Shown here: piece after piece, positions 1 to 10,557 of the stretch | Position numbering within the stretch: the first letter of the stretch is position 1 | How the letters are laid out: every line of letters starts with the position of its first letter | Origin: Eutreptiella sp. 'Long Island Sound 2002' | Lineage: Eukaryota; Protista; Euglenida | Direction: 5' to 3' | NCBI GenBank assembly: GCA_964036045.1 | Contig: OZ038378.1 | Location: 200,136,001 to 200,200,000 of the forward strand | Length of the DNA stretch: 64,000 nucleotides | Made by a program: the position numbers and the translations under genes | Notes under the pieces: generated by a model | What the model was told of the DNA's origin: nothing | What the model saw: only the letters and a program-made list of their open reading frames with translations | The model's database searches: none

Positions 1-3000
1 CAGATCGCCCGCGAGCTAGGGACGACGGGGTGCTACGCCCCCTGGCGGCCATGTATCGGCAGCTGCGGCGGGCGTTCCGCCTGGCGGGGGCGCTAGGGGC
101 GTGGTGGCAGGCCACCAACGGCATCCTACAGGGGTGCCCCCTCAGGGTCATTTTGATCAATTTCCTCACCACAGTGTGGAAGATGGAGATTGACACCATG
201 AGGCGCCACGTCTTCGTGACGACCGCCGCGCTCCCGCCGCTGCTCGAACAGCCCTGGGCAGCACCAGGGCAGCCGCTGCCCTCGCCGCGCCTGCGGGCGT
301 AAGGCCCAGGGCGCGAGGACGTTTGCCCCCTGGGGTATGCGGACGACACCAGGCCATCACGCTCGAGCCCCGGCTCGGAGCGCAACGGATCCCCGACTCG
401 CAAGCAGTCGTGGACCGCACGGCCGTCTAGCTAGCGGACACCGGACATAACGCCAACGCCGGGAAGTCCAGCTCATGGCGGATGAGCGACCAACCAGGCG
501 CAGCCGGTCACCCTGCACGGAGTGCCAATCCCGTTGGCACTCAGCGTGGGGGTACGCCTCGACCCAGAAAGAGGCACCGGACCGGTGGTGCACGAGCGAT
601 TCGCGTGCGGGGCCGCCATCCTGCGGCGAGTGGGATGCTTGCCGCGAGTGGGATGCCTGCCGACCTTCCGCATGCCGGAGGTGGCCATTGGCACGCTAGC
701 CCTCGCCAAGGCGTCGTACGGAGTGGACCTCGCGGACGTCAGCTCCCAGGACGTGGCGCGGCTAGAGCTGGCGGCGGTCCGCGCCCTGTGGGGACCCACG
801 CGCACCTCACGGGCGAAGGAGGTGCTTTGGGCGGTCTTGGTGCCAGGGCACCGGGTCTCACCAGTATGGCGCCTCCAGTATTCGAGAGTACTGTGGCTGG
901 CCCGCCAGGCACGCACGCTAGGAGCCGGACCGTTGCTGGTCCAGGCAATACTGGAGGGAACCGACTACCCACCGGACACAGGACCAGTGGGCAGGGCCCT
1001 GCAGTCGGTCCGGCAGCTGCGCTGGGAGGCCGTGCACGGCTGGTGGGTGTGGCGCGAGCTGGGGCAGTGCGAACAGCTACATCTGGTCCTGGGGGACTGG
1101 GGCGAGGTATGCCACCGGGTGCGGGAGTCGCGGCGGTACACCGCCGTCGCGGCGGCACTGGAACGGCGCCGACCAGCCACCTTTGGGGGGCTAGGGGCGG
1201 AGGTTTGCAGGCTCGCCTGCACCCAGGGCATGACGGTGGCCAGCTCGGAGACGGAGCGCTCGCTGCTATGAGCACTACAAGCCGGGGCGACGTGGACCGG
1301 GGCACAGGTCCGGAAGCATCAAATTTTGGATTTAACAGCCTACCCCTACTGCGGGGGCCCCCCGGAGACGGAGGTCCATCTCCTATGGGACTGCCCGCTA
1401 TGTTTGCCCGCGGTGGCAAACACAGCGGGCCGCCTGGCTCCCGCTAGTGCGGGCCGAGGCAGCGCAGTTGCCGGCACTGGCCCTCCCGTTAGCGTGGCCG
1501 GTTTGCCTGCGCGCGACGGGCCTGTTGCCGGTAGCATTAGTCAAACCAGAGGAGGTGGATCAGGCGGGGCGGCTCATGCACCGCCTGTATGGCATATATC
1601 TGGCGGTGCTTTCGGCACGCATGGGAGCAGAAGTTGCGGCACGTCGAGACGCGGGCGCGGGCCCCTCGGTCTTTGCGATCGCACTCAGACGCCCTCCCGA
1701 TGCGCGCCGGGGCTACCCTTGGGGACAATTGGGTGCGGGCCCACATCCCCCTGCACCACCAACAACGCTGCTGGCTTTGCGCGCCGGCCCGCCGCCGGGA
1801 CGGCCATGGGAGGCGTTCTTCGCGATGGCGCTCCTGCAGTGGGCCCAGCGACTACCGGCTGCGGGGGGTCACGTTGCCGCTACGCACCAGGGGCCAAGTG
1901 CTGAAAATGGCCCTAGATGCGTTGCAGCTGCATTTGCAAGCAGGGGACCTTCTGCAGGGCAAGGAGGTGTGGATGGCCAAATCCCTCTTGCCGCTGGGGG
2001 CGTGGCCGCAGCCCGCGCAGCCGGCGGGGGCCGGCTCTGTGGCGGCGTCCTAGGCCGCGCGGGGCTCGCCAAGCGCGCGCAAACGCCCCCGCTCGCGAAC
2101 TCCCTCACCGGCGCACGTGACGCGACGAGCGCGCCTGGCAGAGCACAAGTGCGCGCGACGCCCAGAGGAGCCCTCAGCCCCCCCTCCCATGCGTCTCCAG
2201 GGGGGGGGCAGCATAGCCTAAGTGGCTCCGGTATGCCAAACGAGCGGGGAGGGCTGAGGCAGCCCTTCCCGCCCTCCCCGCTCCCCCCAGGGGGAACCGC
2301 CGGGCAAGGGGGAGCACACGGGGAACGGCTACAGGCGTCACGAGCGCTGGCAGGGCGCTCGGACGGACACACATGCGTGGGGGGCGTACAACCGCGTCCT
2401 CATCCCCCCCCTCCCTCCCGAGGGCTGGCGGATATTTTTGGGGACATCTCCCGCCGGCTGATGGCGGCGCGGGCGGGGTCATCAGCCACAGGAGAGGGCA
2501 TTGACCCCCCCCCCCCCCCCGAAAGGGGGGGGCGTCAGGAGCAGGGGACATCGGTCGATCCCCACCCCATCCCTCGGGGGGTGGCGCGCAGGGGGCGGAG
2601 GCGGCGACCTCTGTAGCACAGGTGGAGCTGGATCCACCCCCCCCCAAGGGGCCGTGCCGGGGCAACCAGGGCAGTTTCTCCCCCCCTCCCCCCCACAGCA
2701 AAGGGCACAGCGGGTGGGGGGGGAACGAATAGTGCAGCCACGGCGCCCTATGCAGACCCTGTGTGATGAGCACAGGGCCCTAGCATGCAAGTCATGCAAG
2801 GGGCACAAGGGGGTGCGGCACTGCTGTAGCCGCCATCACGAGGGGCATCCCAGGGTGCTGAGGGAGGGGGTCAACGGTGTCTGCCGGTTCAGGGGGGGGG
2901 GGGGGGGGGCTGCAGCAGCAACTGGGCACTATGCCCTTCGGAGGGCCGGTGCGAGCGCTGGCTCCCTTGTTTGGGGGAGGGGGCGGGGGTCTAGCAGGGC

Positions 3001-3203
3001 CGGGAGCAGCGGTGCTGCCACGCGGGGGCCTCGGAGGAGGGCACATAACCCGAGGCGGACGTCCTTCCGCCGCGCCGCGACACACTGGGGGCTAGGGGTG
3101 GGATAGGGCAGGCCACAGGCAGGCTCTAACCCGCTAACCCCTAACCCTCCTGTCGCAAGAGCGGCCAGGACATTAAAAGCCTTCAACCCTCGTTAATAGT
3201 ACA
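1..3203 (+). mobile_element. Non-LTR retrotransposon copy 1; degenerate, 5' part lies outside the window
   Basis: Colinear with 5671-9481 (RT GILQGCPL and YADD, CPYCGGPPETEVHLLWDCP knuckle, C-terminal Cys/His motif). Has in-frame stops, frameshifts and two internal deletions (near 1848 and near 1999). Ends in the shared terminus ...ccctcgttaatagtaca at 3203. Confidence 0.93.
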
Positions 3204-4530
3204 GGCGGCGCGAGCACTGCGGGCGTGGCTGCAGCCCGCGCGGCCGGCCGGGGCCGGCCCCGTGGCGGCGTCCCAGGCCGCACGGGGCTCGCCCAGCGCA
3301 CGCAAACGACCCCACCCGCAATCATCCTCGCCAGAGCGCGAGACGCGACGAGCACGCCCGGAGCACGAGCACGCGCGACGCCAGGAGGAGTTCCCGCCCC
3401 CCCCCCCAAGCGTCTCCAGGGGGGGGGCACACAGCTTAAGCGGCTCCGGTATGTTAAACCAGCAGGGAGAGCTCAGGAGGTCCTTCCAGCTCTCCCCGCC
3501 CCTCCCAGCGGGAGCCACCGGGCACGGGGGGGCACGCGGAGTCCAAGCGCCACGCGCGCCAGCCGGACGCCCGGGCGGACACGCACGAGTGGGGGGGGTT
3601 CAGCCGCGTCCCCACCCCCCCTCCCTCCCCTCCCGGGGGCTGGCGGACATTTTCGGGGACATCTCACGCCGGCTGACGGCGGCTCGGGCGGGGTCATCAG
3701 CCAAAGGGGAGGGCGCCGACCCCCCCCCGGGGGCCGCGAACCCCCCCCAAGGGGGGGGGCAGGACCAGGGGGCTTCGGTCGAACCCCACCCAAGTCTATC
3801 GGGGGGCGGCGCGCCGGGGGCGGAGGCGGCGGTGGGGGACCCCTCAGGGGGGGGACAGGAGATGTCGACAGACCCCCACCCCACAGGGGACGGCTCCAGG
3901 GGGGCCGTGGCGGCGACGTCCGCCGCGCGGGCGGGGCAAGACCCCTCTCCAGGGGCAGTCACAGGGCATCAGGGAGAGACCCTGCCCCCCTCCCCCCCAC
4001 AGAAGAGGGCGCAGCGGGCAGGGGGAAAAAGGGTGGGGCAGCCGCGGCGCCCCATGCAGACCCTGTGCGATGAGCACAGGGCCCCGGCATGCAAGTCATG
4101 CAAGGGGCACAGGGGGGTGCGGCATTGCTGCAGCCGCCATCACGAGGGGCATCCCAGGGTGTTGGGGGGAGGACAACGGTGCCTGCCGGTGCAGGGGGGG
4201 GGGCTACAGCAGCGAGCAGGCGTGTTGCCCTCAGGAGGGTCGGCGATTATGCCAGCCCCCGTGACCGGGGGGGAGGGGGGAGGCCCAGCAGGGCAGGGGA
4301 CGGCGGCGTCGCCCCGCGGCGGCACTCGGGGCCCAGATAAGGGCCACGGGAGGGCCTCCGAGGAGGGCACATAGCCTCAGGAGGGCGTCCTTCCGCCGCG
4401 CCGCGACATACCGGGGGGCCGGGGCTGGGATAGGGCAGGCTTCAGGCAGGCTCTAACCCGCTAACCCCTAACCCTCCCGTCGCAAGAGCGGCCAGGACAT
4501 TAAAAGCCATCAACCCTCGTTAATAGTACA
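3204..4530 (+). mobile_element. Non-LTR retrotransposon copy 2; 1.33-kb 3' portion only
   Basis: Starts at the position matching 8152 of copy 3 (ggcggcgcgagcactgcgg). The C-terminal frame is open (ORF 3262-4374, ending ...RASEEGT*). Same 3' terminus at 4530. Confidence 0.93.
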
Positions 4531-4532
4531 GG

Positions 4533-6053
4533 CGGGGCACGGCGGCCTTGATCCGCGAGGTGCGGCAATGCCCCAAGCAGATGCGGGCAGGCGGAGGGCC
4601 GAAGACGTCGGTACTGGCCCGCATACATGCCGCGCAGGGGGCGGCGCGCTCGTTGCGGCGGCAAGCGCACCCCCCACAACGGCCGGCCGACAGGGTGCGG
4701 GGGAGGGGGGAGAGCACGTCCCACTCCTGGTGCGCGCTGCGCCGGCGGGTGCAGCGGTTGCACGAGTTGCAGATGCCGGAACTGGCCCGATTTCCGCTGA
4801 CGCCGCAGGCGGTAGCCAACGCCGGGGCGCCCGTGCCGTCCGCGGCGGCACTGGACGAGTGCATAGAGCAGCTCAAGAGGCTGGCGGCCACGCAGGTGCA
4901 GCGGGAGGACCGGGAGCGAGTGCAGGCGTGGCGATCCTGGCTGCAGGCCGAGTGGGGAACCAAGCCAGGTGCAGTGTACCGATGGCTCAAGGAGGAGGGG
5001 TTCTCACCGCCGGTGGTGTTTATTGCGCGGCCGGATGGAACCCCCACGGCCAACGTCCAGGAGATGGACGAGCTAGTCCGCGCGGCGTGGGGGCCCATCA
5101 ACCGCAAGTACGCGGAAGGGCCGGAGCCCTGCCCAGATGCCTTCGTGGCGAAGTACGGGCACCTGCTGTATCGCGTACCCATGTTGGCCAAGCAGCTGAC
5201 AGGGCCGTACCTCAGGCGCCGCCTCATGGCCATGCGCCCATCGGCCATGGGCCTGGACGGGTGGAGCTTGCAGGACCTGCGGGCGCTCCCGGACAGGGTG
5301 CTGAATTGGCTGGCCCAGCTCCTCACGCTGATTGAGGAGGTGGGCCGGTGGCCCACCTTATTGGCCCAGGGATACACCTCCCTCATCCCCAAGCCAGGGG
5401 AGGAGGGGCCATTGGGCACGCGCCCGCTGACGGTCCTGTCCATGGTCTACAGACTGTGGGCGGGGACCCGTCTGTGGGAAGTAATGCGGTGGCAGGAGTC
5501 CTGGGTCCATCCGCGGGCCTTCGGGTTCCGCCTGGCGCGGGGGGCCGTAGATGCGGCCACGGTCACGCAGGCCCTCCTAGAGCTGGCCCGGCTCAAGGGA
5601 TGGCGGCTGGAGGGGCTGAGCCTAGATTATGTCAAGTGCTTTGACCTCATCCCGCAAGCGGTGGTGCTGCGGATCGCCCGCGAGTTGGGCATGGACGACG
5701 GGGTGCTGCGCGCCCTGGCGGCCATGTATCGGCAGCTACGGCGGGCGTTCCGCCTGGCAGGGGCGCTGGGGGCGTGGTGGCAAGCCACCAACGGCATCCT
5801 GCAGGGGTGCCCGCTCAGCGTCATTTTGATCAATATCCTCACCACGGTGTGGAAGATGGAAATTGACACAATGCGACGCCACGTCGTGGTGGCGACCGCC
5901 GCACTCCCGCCGCTGCTCGAACGGCCACGGGCAGCCCCGGGGCAGCCGCTGCCTTCACCGCGCCTGCGGACGCAGGGCCCGGGGCGCGCGGACTTATGCC
6001 CCCTGGGATATGCGGACGACACCCAGGCCATCACGCTCCAGCCCGGCCCGGCG
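4533..6053 (+). CDS. Non-LTR reverse transcriptase, N-terminal segment (open from the 5' truncation point)
   Basis: Non-LTR RT motifs in order: SAMGLDGW, LIPKPG, RPLTVLSMVYRLW, LDYVKCFD, NGILQGCPLS, and YADD at 6009-6020. The frame shifts at the C-run 6052-6054. Confidence 0.92.
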
Positions 6054-9000
6054 CGCCAGGGGTCCCCGACTCGCAGGCGGTCGTGGACCGCACGGCCGTT
6101 TGGCTGGCAGACACCGGGCAGAGCGCCAACGCCGCGAAGTCTAGCTCATGGCGGATGAGCGACCAGCAGGCGCAGCCGGTCACCCTGCACGGGGTGCCGG
6201 TCCCGCTGGCACGGGAGTTTAAGCAGCTCGGGATCGGAGTGCGCCTGGATCCAGAGAAGGGCACCGGACCGGTGCTCCAGGAGCGGTTTGCGCGCGGGAC
6301 CACCATTTTGCGGCGGGTGGGGTGCCTGCCTACGTTCCGCATGCGGGAAGTGGCCATTGGGACGCTGGCCCTCGCCAAGGCGATGTACGGGGTGGAGCTA
6401 GCAGATGTCGGCTCCCGGGACGTGGCGCGACTGGAGTTGGCCGCGGTCCGCGCACTGTGGGGACCCACACGCACCTCGCGGGCAAAGGAGGTGCTATGGG
6501 CGGTCTTGGTGCCGGGGCACCGGGTCTCCCCCATGTGGCGCCTCCAGTACTCGAGAGTACTGTGGCTGGCCCGCCAGGCACGCACGCCAGGGGCCGGGCA
6601 AGTGCTAGTCCAGGCAATATTGGAGGAAACGGACCGTCCGCCGGACACGGGACCAGTGGGCAGGGCCTTGCAGTCGGTCCGGCAGCTGCGCTGGGAGGCG
6701 GTGCACGGATGGTGGGTGTGGCGCGTGCCAGGGCAGCGCGAACAGCTACACTTGGTCCTGGGGGACTGGGGCGAAGTATGCCACCGGGTGCGGGAGTCGC
6801 AGCGATACACCGCGTTGGCGGCGCTGGAACGGCGCAGACCAGCCACCTTTGGGGGGCTGGGGGCGGAAGTATGCAGGCCCGCCTGCTCCCAGGGCATGAC
6901 GGTGGCCGGCTCGGAGACGGAGCGCTCACTGCTGCGAGCACTGCAAGCCGGGGCAACATGGACCGGGGCGCGGGTCCAGAAGCATCAAATTTCGGATTTA
7001 GCAGCCTGCCCCTATTGCGGGGGCCCACCGGAGACGGAGGTCCACCTCCTGTGGGACTGCCCGCAGTGGCAAGCGCAACGGGCCGCCTGGCTCCCGCTGG
7101 TGCAGGCCGAGGCAGCGCCGCTACCGGCACTGGCCCTCCCGCAGGCGTGGCCGGTGTGCCTGCGCGCGACGGGCCTGTTGCCGGCGGCATTGGTCCAGCC
7201 AGAGGGGGTGGAGCAGGCGGGGCGGCTCATGTACCGTCTCTATGGCATGTATCTGGCGGTGCTATCGGCGCGCATGGGAGCGGAAGTCGCGGCACGCCGA
7301 GACGCGGGCGCGGGCCCCTCGGTCTTTGCGATCGCGCGCAGACGCCCTCCCGATGCGCGCCGGGGCTACCCATGGGGGCAACTGGGCGCGGGCCCACATC
7401 GCCCGGCGCCACCAGCGGCGCCGCTGGCGTTGCGCGCCGGCCCGCCGCCGGGATGGCCATGGGAGGCATCCTTCGCGGTGGCGCTCCTGCAGTGGGCAGG
7501 CCAGCTGCGGTGGCTACCAGGGCAGGGCCATGTGACATACGTGGAGCTGGCCCTGGACTTCGAGGCACACGCGGAACGGGCCCTCCCGGCCCCCAGCGAC
7601 CACCGGCTGCGGGGGGTCACCCTGCCGCTACGCACCAGGGGCCAAGTGCTGAAGATGGCCCTGGATGCATTGCAGCCACATCTACAGGCAGGGGACCTCA
7701 TGCAGGGCAAGGAGGTATGGATGGCGAAGTCCCTGCTGCCGCTGGGGGGCTTCAGGTGTGTGGGGCGGTCGGCGCGCCCACTGTTCGCGCGCCCGGAAGC
7801 CATGCTGTTCCAGATGCGCCAGCTGGAGGCACACTGCCGAGCGCTGTGGGCGCGGCGCCTGGCGCGGCCGGGAGCGGGGCGGCAGGACGTGTTCCTCTTG
7901 GATTACCTCCCCCCGGCAGGACCAGGACAGCAGCCCCTGCGGCCCTTTCAACGCTTGCCGCGCCGGCGGGTGCAGCGCGACCGGCGCGGGGCCGGAGGCG
8001 GGGACGCGGACCGCGTAGCACCGCCGCCGCAGGTGGCCCTGTGTGCGCGACACCGGGCCCCGCCCTGTGCCGCCTGCGTGCAGCGGGGCGCCGAGCACTG
8101 CTGCCAGCGGGCGCACGAAGGGCACCGCATGGACGCGGCACAAGCACGCGTGGCGGCGCGAGCACTGCGGGCGTGGCTGCAGCCCGCGCGGCCGGCCGGG
8201 GCCGGCCCCGTGGCGGCGTCCCAGGCCGCACGGGGCTCGCCCAGCGCTCGCAAAAGACCCCGCCCGCAATCATCCTCGCCGGAGCGCGAGACGCGACGAG
8301 CACGCCCGGAGCACGAGCACGCGCGACGCCAGGAGTTCCCGCCCCCCCCCCCAAGCGTCTCCAGGGGGGGGGCACACAGCTTAAGCGGCTCCGGTATGTT
8401 AAACCAGCGGGGAGAGCTTAGGAGGCCCTTCCCGCTCTCATCGCCCCTCCCAGCGGGAGCCACCGGGCACGGGGGGGCACGCGGAGTCCAAGCGCCACGC
8501 GCGCCAGCCGGACGCCCGGGCGGACACGCACGAGTGGGGGGGGTACAGCCGCGTCCCCACCCCCCCTCCCTCCCCTCACGGGGGCTGGCGGACATTTTCG
8601 GGGACATCTCACGCCGGCTGACGGCGGCTCGGGCGGGGTCGTCAGCCAAAGGGGAGGGCGCCGACCCCCCCCCGGGGGCCGCGAACCCCCCCCAAGGGGG
8701 GGGGCAGGACCAGGGGGCTTCGGTCGAACCCCACCCTAGTCTTTCGGGGGGCGGCGCGCCGGGGGCGGAGGCGGCGGTGGGGGACCCCTCAGGGGGGGGA
8801 CAGGAGATGTCCATTGACTGCCATCCCCCAGGGGACGGCTCCGGGGGGGCGGCGGCGGCGACATCCGCTACACGGGCGGAGCAGGAACCCCCCCCGGGGG
8901 CAGTCACAGGACAGCAGGCAGAGTCCCTTCCCCCTTCCCCCCCACAGAAGAGGGCGCAGCGGGCGGGGGGCAAAAGGGTGGGGCAGCCGCGGCGCCCCAT

Positions 9001-9325
9001 GCAGACCTTGTGCGATGAGCACAGGGCCCCAGCGTGCAAGTCATGCAAAGGGCACAGGGGGGTGCGGCATTGCTGCAGCCGCCACCACGAAGGGCATCCC
9101 AGGGTGTTGGGGGGGGGACAACGGTGTCTGCCGGTCCAGAGGGGGGGGCTGCAGCTGCAGCAACAAGCGGGCGTCTTGCCCTCCGGAGGGTCGGCGGTCG
9201 AGCCAGCCCCCATGATCAAGGGGGAGGGGGGAGGCCCAGCAGGGCAGCGGACGGCGGCGTCGCCCCGGGGCGGCACACAGGGCCCAGGTCAGGGCCACGG
9301 GAGGGCCTCCGAGGAGGGCACATAG
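6054..9325 (+). CDS. Continuation of the retroelement polyprotein: RT end and thumb, CCHC knuckle, C-terminal region with two Cys/His repeats
   Basis: FKQLG (RT motif 7), CPYC-x8-H-x4-C at 7007-7060, Cys/His repeats at 8042-8125 and 9011-9097. Copy 1 has C4 (368-371) where this copy has C3; restoring one C fuses both segments into one ORF. Confidence 0.88.
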
Positions 9326-9369
9326 CCTCAGGACGGCGTCCTTCCGCCGCGCCGCGACACACCGGGGGG

Positions 9370-9481
9370 CCGGGGGTGGGATAGGGCAGGCTTCAGGCAA
9401 GCTCTAACCCGCTAACCCCTAACCCTCCCGTCGCAAGAGCGGCCAGGACATTAAAAGCCATCAACCCTCGTTAATAGTACA
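9370..9481 (+). other. Conserved structured 3' terminus of the retroelement (also near 3085-3203 and 4420-4530)
   Basis: G-rich tract, then ctctaacccgctaacccctaaccct, then hairpin ccg-tc-GCAA-ga-(g)-cgg, then an invariant end. Near-identical in all three otherwise diverged copies. Confidence 0.75.
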
Positions 9482-9517
9482 GCGCGCGCACACACACACA
9501 CACACACACATACGCAT
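9482..9517. repeat. (CG)n(CA)n microsatellite at the array's 3' junction
   Basis: gcgcgcgcacacacacacacacacacatacgcatac directly after the terminus. Confidence 0.9.
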
Positions 9518-10501
9518 ACAAGGAATCGGCCCCAAAAGTTGTGCCTGTACCTGCAACACTACATCTTTCTGCATTCTGTGCACAGCCCTACACCAATGCC
9601 TACTTTGCCTACTTGTCCATGCATGCCCTGCTTGTGCCACAGCCTCCTCCCCCCAAATTTCTGCTGAATTTAGAGACCTCTCAGCAGTGTTTTCTACCAT
9701 TAGTGCTTGCATTAGTGCCCGCTTGATCAAGAGTGTACGTACACCTGCACGTACACAACAACGCTCCCAAAGCCAAGAAAGCACTGATATGCTAACCCCT
9801 GCCAGATCTCCTCCTCTTCGGGCCAGAAGGGAAGAGGTACTGCATCAGATCAGTCCCCAGTTGAAACAGATGGCCCTGCCTCAGAGCGACCTCACAGAGC
9901 TGTTGCATGCACGCCTTTGTACCAAAGTGCCAAAGGGGCCTCTAAAGAAAAAGAAAAACGCAGAAAAGCTCACGAACGGACACCTTGCAAAACAAGCATG
10001 CTCATTACACCAGAGCTAACAGCTATCGTGTTTACAGAGCAGCACTGCGCGAGCCTCACCAGAGAAAGTCTCCCAAGGCCTTCTCTACTTGCCCTCCACA
10101 AGTTCACGATGATGTTTTTGATGTTCTCCAGACCGCTTGAACGACTCTTATTGCTGATTACTCCACTACACCTCTGAACTTCCTCTGTTTGTTTCTGCTT
10201 GACACATACATATGACACTAAATACCATTGTCTGACTGACAGCTTGACTGACTGTGATTGTCTCATTAACTGGTATCAGACACAGTGTGTGTCTTGAGGT
10301 TAACCAGGCTTGGCATAGAGAATAAGATGCATTTATGCCTCATTGTGGAGCATTGCCTCAAGTTTGCATTGTTGCAGCACTGTCTGTCTGTTTTTCAAAC
10401 ATTATAATCCAGTCTCCTAATTAGGCCCCCCCCGAAAAAATTCCCCCCCTGCTTTCTTCTTCCACATCCTTTCCCGTCTGGCTTCTTTGTTTGTTCCTCA
10501 G

Positions 10502-10557
10502 GTTTCAAGACAAGCCCAATGAGTGTGTAGTATTTGATGCGCATGGCAATCCGCAAG
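10502..10557 (+). CDS. Candidate exon, unknown gene A (FQDKPNECVVFDAHGNPQ)
   Basis: Long polypyrimidine tract and cag acceptor; aag|gtctgt donor; ends in phase 1, matching exon 13501. Confidence 0.5.

Larger units (their letters stand above)
4531..9481 (+). mobile_element. Non-LTR retrotransposon copy 3; 4.95 kb, 5'-truncated upstream of the RT
   Basis: Complete RT, CCHC knuckle, long C-terminal extension and 3' UTR ending ttaatagtaca at 9481. Followed by gcgcgcgcacacaca. No poly(A); no endonuclease in the retained part. Confidence 0.95.

Noticed and set aside
3193-3204. ATAGTACAG at the element end matches the reverse complement of part of the kinetoplastid spliced leader, suggesting an SL-targeting (SLACS/CRE-like) element
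   Set aside because: Only 9 nt. The rest of the SL and any SL gene unit are absent, the euglenid SL is different, and no RLE nuclease is seen.
482-9400. Many long alternative-frame and antisense ORFs (e.g. 6322-8421, 7948-9276)
   Set aside because: Shadows of a very GC-rich ORF with few stops; P/A/G/R-rich and without motifs.
9370-9481. Self-cleaving ribozyme (hammerhead, HDV or twister) in the 3' tail
   Set aside because: No CUGAnGA/GAAA core or HDV double pseudoknot could be traced by eye; only simple hairpins are supported.
9687-10019. 110-aa ORF (...SPPLRARREEVLHQISPQLKQMALPQSDLTELLHARL...) as an exon of gene A
   Set aside because: Partly protein-like, but no convincing splice sites or motif; left unassigned.
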